In this document: positions 51,663 through 62,956 of the stretch, one piece after another
How the letters are laid out: each line of letters starts with the position of its first letter
Numbering within the stretch: the first letter of the stretch is position 1
From: Eledone cirrhosa
Taxonomy: Eukaryota
Assembly (NCBI GenBank): GCA_964016885.1
Contig: OZ024757.1
Location: 15,624,001-15,688,000, forward strand
DNA: 64,000 nucleotides
Direction of reading: 5' to 3'
Translations under genes and position numbers: made by a program
Notes under the pieces: model-generated
Database searches by the model: none
What the model was told of the DNA's origin: nothing
What the model saw: only the letters and a program-made list of their open reading frames with translations

Positions 51663-53010
51663 TAATAGTAATAATAATAAATTTGAAGACTAAAATCCAA
51701 AGAGGGCTCGATAAGGATAAATATATATCAAATATATAAGAACCGTAGAGCAAATATTTATTAAAATAACAGATTAAAGTTTAAGCAAAGAATCGCTGCT
51801 TTCACCCTTAACGGGATCTTCTGAAACTAACAAAGTCAATCTGTAAACGCAGAAGTGGATATTTCAAAAAACGTTGCAACCGGAGGAAGACAGGAAGACG
51901 ATACTTTGGTTCGTGGAAACGTTCCCTAGCAAAGAACGGGAAAAAACGAATATAATATGTCATTAATAGGAGCGGTGAAAAAGAATTACACGCAAAGACA
52001 GAACCATGTTTATGGTATAAAAGAAGTCATAGACTAATGTTCTCTTAGGTGGTTCATAGAGACGTTCTCTGGCAATGAACGGAAAAAACAAAGATAATAC
52101 GTCATATGTGGAGTGTGGAGAACAATTGCATGCAAAGACAAAACCACGTAAATGGTATAGCTGAAGTCGTAGACTAAAATTCTAACTTGGAACCCGAATG
52201 AGTTAAGAATAAAGTAAATAAAATACAATACAGAAGTAATAGAAATGGAATAAATACATACACACCACACACGTACACAAATACGTACATACACAAGCAT
52301 ATGTGAAAACACTCGCCATAGGTATACAAAACCACGCACATATAAATATGTGTGTGTGTGCATGTATACAAATAAATAAATAATTAAATAAACGTATATA
52401 AATAAATAAATACGTATATAACAAGCGCACACACATACCTACATGTAAATACCTATGGCGGGTGTTTCCGTGTATGCTTGTGTATGTACTTATTTGGACG
52501 CGTGTTTGTATTTATTCCATTTCAATTACCTCTGTATTGTATTTTATTTACTTTATTCTTAACTCTGAAGCGGAGAATCATTCGGTTTCCAAGTTAGAAT
52601 TTTAGTCTACGACTTCAGCTATACCATTTACGTGGTTTTGTCTTTGCGTGCAATTGTTCTCCATGCTCCACATATGACGTATTATCTTCGTTTTTTCCGT
52701 TCATTGCCAGAGAACGTCTCTATGAACCACCTAAGAGAACATTAGTCTACGACTTCTTTTATACCATAAACGTGGTCCTGTCTTTGCGTGTAATTGTTTT
52801 TCACCGCTCCTATTAATGACGTATTATTCGTTTTTTCCCGTTCTTTGCCAGGGAACGTTTCCACGAACCAAAGTATCGTCTTCCTGTCTTCCTCCGGTTG
52901 CAACGTTTTTTGAAATATCCACTTCTGCGTTTACAGATTGACTTTGTTAGTTTCAGAAGATCCTGTTAAGAGTGAAAGCAGCGATTCTTTGCTTAAACTT
53001 TAATCTGTTA

Positions 53011-53017
<7 letters not shown>
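51663..53017. mobile_element. Family E giant fold-back with ~565-bp arms and variant hammerheads
   Basis: Arms ~51760-52325 and ~52449-53017; tail 51663-51760; each arm has a ~140-bp diverged internal duplication. Confidence 0.9.
51778..51828 (-). ncRNA. Hammerhead-fold RNA with a variant core (CAGAAGA)
   Basis: AGUUU-CAGAAGA-U-CCC(GUUAA)GGG-U-GAAA, stem III AGCAG/UUGCU, then U and AAACU; copies at 52949-53000, 61220-61270 and 61500-61550. Confidence 0.6.
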
Positions 53018-53050
<33 letters not shown>

Positions 53051-53053
<3 letters not shown>

Positions 53054-53777
53054 TCATCATCATCATCATCTTACGTCCGCTTTTCCCTGCTTGCAAGGGT
53101 GGGACGGGTCTTATTCAGCACAGCATCTCTCCACTCGTCACGGTCCCTCGTCATCTCCACCGTGAGCTTCAATGATCTGAGGTCTGTTCTCACCACCTCC
53201 GCCCATGTTTTTCGTGGTCTACCTCTACCACGTCTTCCTTCAACTGGCATTTCCTGGCACTTCTTCACCCATCGGTCATCCTCCATGCGCATCACATGTC
53301 CATACCACCTCAGTCTCCTCTCCCGTACACTACATTCTATCCCTCTCAGACACAGTTTCTCTCTCAACACATTTATGCTGGGTCGTTCACGCACATTTAC
53401 ACTGCACATCCAACGGAGCATGCTTGCCTCATTTCTCTCCAGCCGTCACATATCCTCTGCAGTTGCTGCCCATGTCTCACTACCATGCAGCATCGCGCTC
53501 CTCACACAGGCATCATACAACCGGCCTTTCGTACGCAGGGAGAAACCCTTCTTCGTCAACAGAGGAAGCAGCTCCCTAAACTTCTTCCAACCCGTCCTTA
53601 TTCTAGATACTATGGCCTCGGAACACCCTCCTCCCATTCTAATCTGATATCCTAGGTACCGGAAGCTATCCACCACTTCTATAGCGCCCTCCTGCATTTG
53701 AAAAATGTGTCTGTCAGTGCGACTTCTACTGTCTAATTTCCCTGTACATCTACTGCATACATATTTCTCCCTACCTG

Positions 53778-53779
<2 letters not shown>
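53051..53779 (-). pseudogene. RTE-1 (RTE/BovB-like) LINE, 5'-truncated ORF2 C-terminal part
   Basis: VCSRC...EVVDSFRYLG...SRIRTGWKKFRELLP...LHGSETW...RRLRWYGHVMRM...RGRGRPRKTW...DRDEWR; internal TGA corresponds to CGA in the 57.5-kb copy; inserted in (TA)n. Confidence 0.95.
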
Positions 53780-53816
<37 letters not shown>

Positions 53817-53817
<1 letters not shown>

Positions 53818-54090
53818 CTCCTGATAGAGTCGTAGGGGCTCCGTATTGACATATAGCGTTTCTTGGACATTTAAAGCCTGGCAGAGCCCATCCCTCTCCA
53901 GGTCTGAGTACAGCAGATTTCTTCCAGAGAGAGGAAGAATTGACCCCAATACTAGACTGTTAATTTTTGTTTATCGATCTCAAAAGGATGAAAGGTAAAG
54001 TCGACCTTGGTGGGATTTGAACTCAAAGAGCCAGAACATATACCATAAAGCATTCAATCAGATGTTCTAACGACTGCCAATTCACCGCCT
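53817..54090 (-). mobile_element. Older Deu/Nin-type SINE
   Basis: Reverse copy of 1375-1695. Confidence 0.65.
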
Positions 54091-54631
54091 ATATGTAATA
54101 GTAGGGCGATGTAAATTAGTTACTTCATTCAAAATTTTGAAATAATTTCCTTAGATTTCAATAAAAATATTTGCTGCTGTTTGATCAATATGAATTAATA
54201 TGAGTCAGTGTTAATTGCTGTGTTAATTAGTGTGCATCTGTGTGTGCATGAGAGGGAAGAGGAAGAGGAAGATTATGTTATAATAAAAGGAGACATTTCA
54301 CAGAACTGGGTGTAAATCTCTGACTATAATGAGATTACTATTACTGTCAGTATCTCAGGTGATGCTGCAATATCTGTGTACTCCATGTGCTTTACTGAGG
54401 ACTAGCATTACAAATTTTGAAAATAATCAAGAATTCAAAGGGATTTAGTAATATTATTCACTTTCTTATTATTAATCCCACCGAGGTTAACATTGCCTTT
54501 CATCCTTACAGGGTCGATAAAATAAAGTACCAGTAATATACTGATAATTGCTGGCCTTGTGCCAAAAGTAGAAACAATTATTAAGCTGGTGTTTGGAATA
54601 CAACAAAGATTTTTAGATAAATGTAAACACT

Positions 54632-54844
54632 TTAACCGTTTAGCATTTAAACCGGCCATATCCAGCCAGAATTTTCTCACCTCTTTCTGTTCAAACTGGC
54701 TGCTCATACTGTTGTTAAGGTATTGTCCTCAAAATAAATAATATCAAAATCTAATAGATTCCTCTGAGATAATTATGTGAAGTAAAACCTTTACTGTGAA
54801 AATATAATAGTAAATATTGAATAATGTAGATGCTAAAGGGTTAA
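54632..54844 (+). mobile_element. piggyBac-like TTAA MITE
   Basis: Homologous to 32905-33128. Confidence 0.8.
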
Positions 54845-55480
54845 CTGTTTATTTACCATATTTCTAATGAAAGACACTGCCTATGAATTTCAAATAATTC
54901 TAAAATTAATGAAGAATTTGGATGAATTTAGTAATATAACTAACTTTCTCATTATTAATCTGCTGGTGTTTGGAACATGACTTAAATGTTCTTACATAAA
55001 TTTATGATAGGAGGATTTTATATTAATATAAACATTTCAACCCATTTGTTACAATATTTTTAATGGAAGATACAGGCTATGATTTTCAAATTCTGAAAAT
55101 AATCAAGAATCTAGAGGGATTTAGTAATATAACTGACTTTCTCATTATTAAGATGGTGTTTGGAATACAACAAACATTTTTAGATAAATATAAACACATT
55201 ATAATATTTAAAAGAAAAACACTGCCTACAGGTTTCAAATAGTTTTGAAAATAATCAAGAATTTAGAGGGATTTAATAATATAACTGACTTTCTCCTTAT
55301 TAAGCTGGTGTTTAGAATTGGAACATGATTTAAAGTTGTTCTTACATGAAATTATGGGAAGGTTTTTAGATAAATATAAACCCTTTAACCTTTTCATTAC
55401 AATTGGAGGTGACCACAGTTAAAAAAGGGACTCAATACATTAGTAATTGTATAGGCATCTTTATTTTATATAGAAATGTT

Positions 55481-55525
55481 TTCTACAAGACTAGAACTGT
55501 TTCATTCATATGAAATCATCAGGAA
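55481..55525 (-). ncRNA. Type I hammerhead (family L)
   Basis: UUC-CUGAUGA-U-UUC(AUAU)GAA-U-GAAA, stem III ACAG/UUGU, cleavage site GUA, then GAA. Confidence 0.65.
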
Positions 55526-55535
55526 TATATATATA

Positions 55536-55750
55536 GGAAAAAGTATGACCCCGACGGCAGAGCTCAAGCCGTTTTGACGGCTATTTGTGGACCAGGCTAA
55601 AATTTCTAATTTAGTCCGGAAATAGTCGTCGAAACGGCTTGAGCTCTGCCGTCGAGGTCATACTTTTTTCTATTTCCCACTCTACTACCCTAAGTATTGA
55701 GTACTCTGGTGCGTTATGGTCCATCTGGTTCCTTACCACAATTCCTTTGT

Positions 55751-55752
<2 letters not shown>
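55536..55752 (+). mobile_element. Family D fold-back
   Basis: Same layout as 41040-41233 with a longer loop. Confidence 0.8.
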
Positions 55753-55781
<29 letters not shown>

Positions 55782-56022
55782 TAAAAAAGGAAAAGAACGA
55801 CATCACTTGTAGTTCTAAACAATTTAATTTAATTGTATATTATTATAATTTTACAATGTGGTTTGGTAGATCTAATAAGTTCTTTGTTAACTTCAGTGGG
55901 GAAATTTTTTTTAAGATTCTTGGTTAACTTTCCTGGAGAACTTTCTTGCATTCGTCGTGAAGTCATTATTTTCCTTTTTTAAAATATACCTAACTGTACC
56001 AAGGATTTCACACATTTTCCAA

Positions 56023-56463
56023 TCATCATCATCATCATCATCATCGTTTAACGTCCGTGTTCCACGCTTGCATGGGTTTGGACGGAGGGTTTTCCCACTT
56101 GAGGCAAGAGTGGTTATCTTGCTCGCATAGGACTATCTGGCGGGTTTTCTACAGCTGGATGCCCTTCCTAACACCAACCACATTTACAGTGTGGGGCTGG
56201 GAGGTTTTTACCGTGTTGCCTACATGGCCATATTACAGCGTGAACTGTGTGTTTTTTTATGTGACACCTACACGATCTCATTTGTTTCGGCCTGGATGTT
56301 GTGGCACCAACATAACTTTACATTGAAAGGGGCGGTGTGGATGGGGTGGGGGTGGTGGGACGGGAGTGTATTTTGTTAGAGATGCCTACTGACTGTAGTA
56401 GGTTTTACTTTGTATTTAGGTAAGGCGGGTTTTCTCTATTACTGAGTACCGCCAAAGGTCTCT
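56023..56463 (-). mobile_element. RTE-C 3' end, unexpanded copy
   Basis: RDLWRYSVIEKTRLT* followed by the full 3' UTR. Confidence 0.9.
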
Positions 56464-57173
56464 TTCCAATATATACACACGCATATATATATGTGTGTGT
56501 ATATATATTATATATAAACTGATATAAGCACTTGAAGATAGGTCACAATTTTGATCCCTCTTGTATTCTGGAGATGTGGTCAATATTGGGCCATGAAACC
56601 CTGGGTAGCATTTTTGTTCTGTGTATGAACATAGATAAATAATATCTCTGCTCTTGTCCCAATTGACACTGTTTTCCTTTTTCCTTTTCCCACCTACATA
56701 TATTGTTACACACACACAACACATACCTATATATCAAATCATTCAGACTAAGGCATGCACTCTGACGTATTCTTATCTCTGAGTATTCCTCTGAAGTAAT
56801 AATTATTCCAGAAATGGTAAATTTCGTTTGCTGTTATATAGATTGGACTACCTTCCAGCAACATCATTCAAAACAATAATGTTTCTTTTCTGAAGATTCT
56901 AAGAAAATATTCTTTATAATAATATATATGCATACGTACATATATATAGAACTGTTATATTGATATTATGCCTAGATGAAGCACCATGTAAAGAGTAAAT
57001 TTTGTTTTTGAATGTATTGCCTTCTCCTCCATGTACTTTTGCTTATATATATATATATGATTCCATGTCCTCAGAGAAATAACAACACAACCAGGAGCTG
57101 GACATATCGATGTATTGATGGAGTAAAACACACTTCAATAACATGTGCACCTGTCTTTCCCACACCAATTCGG

Positions 57174-57228
57174 ACTGCCTGAAGATGTCACAGCCAATGA
57201 TGGCTGCCACCGAAATATATATAGCAGT
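57174..57228 (+). ncRNA. Type I hammerhead ribozyme
   Basis: ACUGC-CUGAAGA-stem II with CAGCCA(AUGA)UGGCUG-GAAA-UAUAUA-UA/GCAGU; base of stem II is imperfect; element lies between (TA)n runs. Confidence 0.75.
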
Positions 57229-57279
57229 ATATCTATAATTTATAATAAACGAAGCCAAATTTTACATATTTGACTTAAT

Positions 57280-57336
<57 letters not shown>

Positions 57337-57339
<3 letters not shown>

Positions 57340-57489
57340 AGAAAAGGAAGGAGTGCTCTATATAAAGTACAGAGCTAATTAATTATGTAATAAACAACAC
57401 AATACAATTATTCCATTCAGTTGAAGTCGCTTGCCTTCGTAAAACCTTTTGTAAATGAAATAATTGTATCGTGTTGTTTATAACATAAT
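57337..57489. mobile_element. Fold-back remnant with a tail (family N)
   Basis: ~35-bp inverted arms at 57382-57417 and 57454-57489; (TA)n flanks. Confidence 0.6.
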
Positions 57490-57502
57490 ATATATATATA
57501 TA

Positions 57503-57949
57503 TGCCTGTGTGAGGAGCGCGATGCTGCATGGTTGTGAGACATGGGCAGCAACTGCAGAGGATATGCGACGGCTGGAGAGAAATGAGGCAAGCATGCTCC
57601 GTTGGATGTGCAGTGTAAATGTGCGTGAATGACCCAGCATAAAATGGTTGAGAGAGAAATTGTGTCTGAGAGGGATAGAATGTAGTGTACGGGAGAGGAG
57701 AATGAGGTGGTATGGACATGTGATGCGCATGGAGGATGACCGATGGGTGAAGAAGTGCCAGGAATTGCCAGTTGAAGGAAAACGTGGTAGAGGTAGACCA
57801 CGAAAAACATGGGCAGAGGTGGTGAGAGCAGACCTCAGATCGCTGAAGCTCACGGTGGAGATGACGAGGGACCGTGACGAGTGGAGAGATGCTGTGCTGA
57901 ATAAGACCCGTCCCACCCTTGCAAGCAGGGAAAAGCGGACGTAAAATGA

Positions 57950-57953
<4 letters not shown>
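57503..57953 (+). pseudogene. RTE-1 LINE 3' fragment
   Basis: Near-identical to 53071-53512; ends KTRPTLASREKRT* plus (ATG)n. Confidence 0.95.
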
Positions 57954-57989
<36 letters not shown>

Positions 57990-58012
57990 CAAATAGTTAG
58001 ACCTATATATAT

Positions 58013-58246
58013 AAGTCTGTATTAAGCCAAAAGGCTCGTTAGGCTGGTGTTTATCCCGGTTTCATGGTGTGAAGCAACTGAGAGAGCCAGACTTCCCTCT
58101 GGATAGGATGCCAGTCCATCACAGGGTTAAACACCCAGCTTTTGCTGGTACTCACTTTCAGCTGAGTACACTGGCGCAACGTGAAACAAAGTGTTTTTCT
58201 TCAAGAACACAACACGTTAACCCAACCACTAGGCCACACGCCTCCA
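58013..58246 (-). mobile_element. SINE-M (tRNA head, CORE-like block, AACCCTGTGATGGACTGGCATCC block)
   Basis: Single-copy counterpart of the arrays at 17.6 kb and 42.7 kb. Confidence 0.75.
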
Positions 58247-58477
58247 TATATATATATATATATATTCATATATATATGCATATATATATATATATGCATA
58301 TATATATGCATATATATATATAGTATTAAGGATATTATTTATGGTTATGTATACATTAAAACCTTTTATAGTTATATATATTTTAAACCCTAAACAGTGA
58401 AAGACAGTAATTTATTACTACCTTATTACCAGTAAGATAAATAGCTCAATGTAATAACATCAGTTGTTCTACAGAGC

Positions 58478-58519
<42 letters not shown>

Positions 58520-59287
58520 TAATCTATTTACATGTACTCCTCTGATGAAGGACTAAAGTCTAATTCAAAGAACTTGAAACCCATATCTCTTGAATTCTCA
58601 GCTGAGAATTCAAGAGATACAGGGCTCAGTCCATCTTACCAGCTGCTGGCCACATTTTTCAGCCCCTAGCAGTATTTCACCTAATTTTCTAAAGTAATTA
58701 TTATTTACAGATATTGACGGTTTTTAGTCATTTTCTGCATTTGGAGTCCCACATTTCATATATACATATATGTATGTAAATATATATATACATATATGTA
58801 TGTATATATATACATATACATATATGCATGTGTGGGTAAATTCTTATTTGTTGTGCTCATAATTTTGGCATTTTTATACTGGTTGGATGTCCTTCCTAAC
58901 ACCAGCACCACTTTACAGCATGGATTGGGTGCTTTTATTCGTGCCTCTAACACTAGAGAGGTTGTCTTACTGGACTCAGGGACCCTCTTTACCCCTCCAT
59001 TTTACAGCATGGACTGGGTGCTTTTATTTATGCCACCAGCACTAGGGAAGTTGTCTTACTGGACTTATGGGACTTCTCTACCCCGCACCAATTTATTCGG
59101 AGTGGTAGCTCTCCTAGATGAGTTGCCTCCGTCCGCCCTTGTCTGTTCTCTCTCTCTCTCTATATATATATATGCATATATATGTATTTCCATATATATG
59201 TACATAAATATATATACATATATATGTATGTACATATATATGTATATAAGCATGTATGCATGTGTGTGGTGGTGAATGTATGTAAGG

Positions 59288-59325
<38 letters not shown>

Positions 59326-59330
<5 letters not shown>

Positions 59331-59440
59331 GAAGGAAATGTGGTAAGGAACCAGGTGGACCATAACGCACGAAAGTACTCAATACTTAGGGTAGTAGAGT
59401 GGGTAATAGGAACGAGTAAGACCCCGGGGTCTTACTCGTT

Positions 59441-59444
<4 letters not shown>
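59326..59444 (-). mobile_element. Family D fold-back with a perfect loopless palindrome
   Basis: ATAGGAACGAGTAAGACCCC|GGGGTCTTACTCGTTCCTAT. Confidence 0.8.
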
Positions 59445-59516
<72 letters not shown>

Positions 59517-59947
59517 AGCAGATAATCCATGATTCCTCTAGTTGTGTAGTCAGCTTACTGCAGAGAAAGAGTATAGATTTCTTGGCAGAGATAGATAGAC
59601 AGATAACTATATAGATAGATAGAGAGGGAGGGAGAGAGAGTGTGTGTTGTGTTGTAGTACTTGATTGAATAGTAAGGAGAGTAAGAATGCACTAAGAGGG
59701 GAACAGACACACAGACAGGCAGACAGATAGACATACAGACAGACAGACTGCATGCTGTAGCTACATGCAGCTTATTAACATACACGACGTCATTTAAATA
59801 TCTATTTTTAGACACCCATTCTCAGTTGTTGTGGGGAAATATCCCCCCCACACCCTGTTTTTCTCCTCTCTCCCCTCAAAACAAGGGCTCTTCAAACTAA
59901 CAAAATTGTCCTTTGCACTGACATTGAGGTATATGAGAGAAAGAGAG

Positions 59948-59977
<30 letters not shown>

Positions 59978-59981
<4 letters not shown>

Positions 59982-60915
59982 TGTTTCTACTTTTGGCACA
60001 AGGCCAGCAATTGTCGCAGTGCATTACTGGTACTTTATTTTATCGACCCCCGTAAGGATGAAAGGCAAAGTTAACCTCGGCGGGATTTGAACTCAGAATG
60101 GCAGAATGAACTCAGACCATAAAGGGACGTAACTGTGCTGCAAAGCATGGTGTCCAACCCTCTTCTACCGATACTGCCAACCCCCTGCCCTTTCCATTCA
60201 CCCCAAAATTGCTGGCCTTGTCCCTATAGTAAGAAATCAACATCCTGCTCCCTGGCAGAGAGTTATGGCCCTTTACGTTATGGGTTCAAATACCTCTAAG
60301 GTTAATTTTGCCTTTCATCCTTTCTTATATCGGCACAAGGCCAGTAATTTTAGGGAGGGGGAAGTCGAGTAAATCGACCCCAGTACATTACTAGTGCTTT
60401 ATTTTATCGACCCCCGTAAGGATGAAATGCAAAATTAACCTTATAGGTATTTGAACTCAGAACGTAAAGGGTTATAACTCTCTGCCACGGAGCAGGGTGT
60501 TGATTTCTTACTATAGGCACAAGACCAGCAATTTTGGGGCGAATGGAAAGTTGATTAAATTGACCCCAGTACGTTACTGGTGCTTTATTTTATTGACCCC
60601 TAAGGCTGAAAGGTAAATCTCAGTGAGATTTGAACTCGGACGTAAAAGGCTGTAAATCTGTGCTGCAAAGCATGGTGTCCAACTCACTACCGATACTGCT
60701 AATCCACCACCTTCAGTAATAATAATAATAATAATTGTTTCTACTTTTGGCACAAGGCCAGTAATCACCCAGTACATTACTGGTACTTTATTTTATCGAC
60801 CCCGTAAGGATGAAAGGCAAAATTAACCTCGCGGGATTTGAACTCAAACCATAATGGGGCATAACTCTATGCTGCAAAGCATGACGTCTGACCCTCTACT
60901 GATACTGCCAAGCCA
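59978..60915. mobile_element. Cluster of SINE-B and related copies in both orientations
   Basis: At least five Deu/Nin-domain copies; 60192-60322 and 60420-60550 are inverted relative to each other. Confidence 0.8.
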
Positions 60916-61197
60916 CTAATAATGGTTTCTTTATTAACTAATCTATGTCTGAGAAATAGGTGAAAATCCAAACCCCATTATAAGCCAAGACAGCTAATCA
61001 ACACATTGTTTAGATGGCGAATATAAACCAACTTCCTATTTTACCATCAAAGTTTTGGTCACATATTCCTGGGATTATATTTGAGTATATACAGTATTTG
61101 TTCGCTGAAACAATGGTAAAACTTTGGATTAACCATTACCTTATTTTATATTTCTTGTTCTTTCATTGTTTGACTTTATATATATATATATATATAT

Positions 61198-61661
61198 ATT
61201 TATTAAAATAACAAATTAAAGTTTAAGCAAAGAATCGCTGCTTTCACCCTTAACGGGATCTTCTGGAACTAAAAAAGTCAATCTGTGTACACAGAAGTAA
61301 ATATTTCATTTATACCATAAATGTGGTTTTGTCTTTGCGTGTAATTGTTTTCACTGCACCAAATAATGACGTATTATCTTCGTTTTTTTCCGTTCTTTGC
61401 CAAGGAACGTTTCCATGAACCAAGTATCATCTTCCTGTCTTCCTTTGGTTGCAACGTTTTTTGAAATATTTACTTCTGCGTTCACAGATTGACTTTTTTA
61501 GTTTCAGAAGATCCAGTTAAGGGTGAAAGCAGCGATTCTTTGCTTAAACTTTAATCTGTTATTTTAATAAATATTCGCTCTACGGTTCTTATATATCTGA
61601 TATATATTCATCCTTATCAAGCCCTCTTTGGATTTTAGTCTTCAAATTTATTGTTATTACT
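61198..61661. mobile_element. Family E fold-back (second copy)
   Basis: ~110-bp arms; tail matches 51663-51760 and 287-320. Confidence 0.85.
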
Positions 61662-61673
61662 ATATATATATAA

Positions 61674-62030
61674 CTAGGGTAAGAATGGGATGGAAGAAGT
61701 TCAGGGAGCTACTGCCACTGCTAGCTGCAAAAGGCTTCTCCCTCAAAATGAAAGGCAACTGTATGATGCATGTATACGAACAGCATATGGTAGTGAGACC
61801 TGGGCGCTGTCTTGTAGAAGACTTGTGTAGATTAGAAAGAAACGAAGCCTGCATGCTCCGATGGATGTATAATAGTAATATACACGAACGGCAATGCATA
61901 AACGAATTGAGAGAGGACTAAGCATAAGAGGAATCAAATGCTGTGTGCAGGAGAGGGGGTTGCATTGGTATGGACATGTGATGCGTATGAAAGATGACAA
62001 CTGCATAAAAAGGTGCAGAGTACTAGAAGT
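61674..62030 (+). pseudogene. Older frameshifted RTE LINE fragment
   Basis: RVRMGWKKFRELLPLL..KGFSL, RLERNEACMLRWM and GLHWYGHVMRM motifs. Confidence 0.85.
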
Positions 62031-62274
62031 CAATGAAAGCCGACCTTACCCAATTGCACCTTTCAAGGGCAATGACACAAACCTGGAGACAATTTGGCTC
62101 AACCAGGCTTAGAAATGCCTTAGAAAAATTGTTTGTCAATACAGCACCCCTAAGATTCTCCCAAGAGATAAGGGACCATTTATGCATGCACACATATTTG
62201 TCAGAGAATGAAGGAAGAATGTAAGAAGTTGTTGTTAAATTGGACATTTGGACCAAATGCTTGTAAGAGTGGAC

Positions 62275-62560
62275 ACTACTAAAGACACATATGGACCAGG
62301 TGAAGGTGTTATATAAGGAAACATATATAGTCTACCTCATTAATGAACTCTAATAACACTCAAGGGCCAGGTAGAAGTGCTATATAAGGAAACATATATA
62401 GTCTACTTCATTAGTGTACTATAAAGACACTGAAGGGTCAGGTAGGGGTGTTATATAAGGAAACATATATAGTCTACTTCATTATTTTACTATAAAGACA
62501 CTCAAGAGTCAGATAGGGGTGTTATATAAGGAAACATATGGTCTAGTCTACTAAAGACAC
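62275..62560. repeat. ~70-bp tandem repeat, 4 copies
   Basis: TATATAAGGAAACATAT recurs four times. Confidence 0.85.
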
Positions 62561-62622
62561 TCTAGAGTAATGTATTGATATTAAACCAGGTGGCATTAAT
62601 TCTATGAGCTGGGTCATAGAAC

Positions 62623-62956
62623 TACTATATATACTCGAATATAATCTGAGGAATATGTGACCAAAATTCAATGGTAAAAGGGGGTCAGCTTATATTCACT
62701 AACTTAAAATTCTATGTAAATATGGTTTGGATTTTTGCTCATTTCTCAGACATCAAATAGTTGGGTCAACTTATATTCAAGTACAGACATCAAATGAAGG
62801 AGTCAACTTATATTCAAGTATAGACATAAAACAGTGGTGTCAACTTATATTTAAGTACAGACATAAAATAATGGGGTCGGCTTATATTCGAGTACAGGCA
62901 TCAAATGAAGGGGTAAGCTTATATTCATATCAACTTATATTCAAGTATATATGGCA
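62623..62956. mobile_element. pogo/Tigger-like MITE with ~37-bp internal subrepeats
   Basis: Ends TACTATATATACTCGAATATAA / TTATATTCAAGTATATATGGCA; repeated TCAACTTATATTCAAGTA. Confidence 0.55.

Noticed and set aside
58535-58640. CTGATGAAGGACT as a hammerhead
   Set aside because: No GAAA at the end of a credible stem II and no stem I pairing; only the palindrome is reported.
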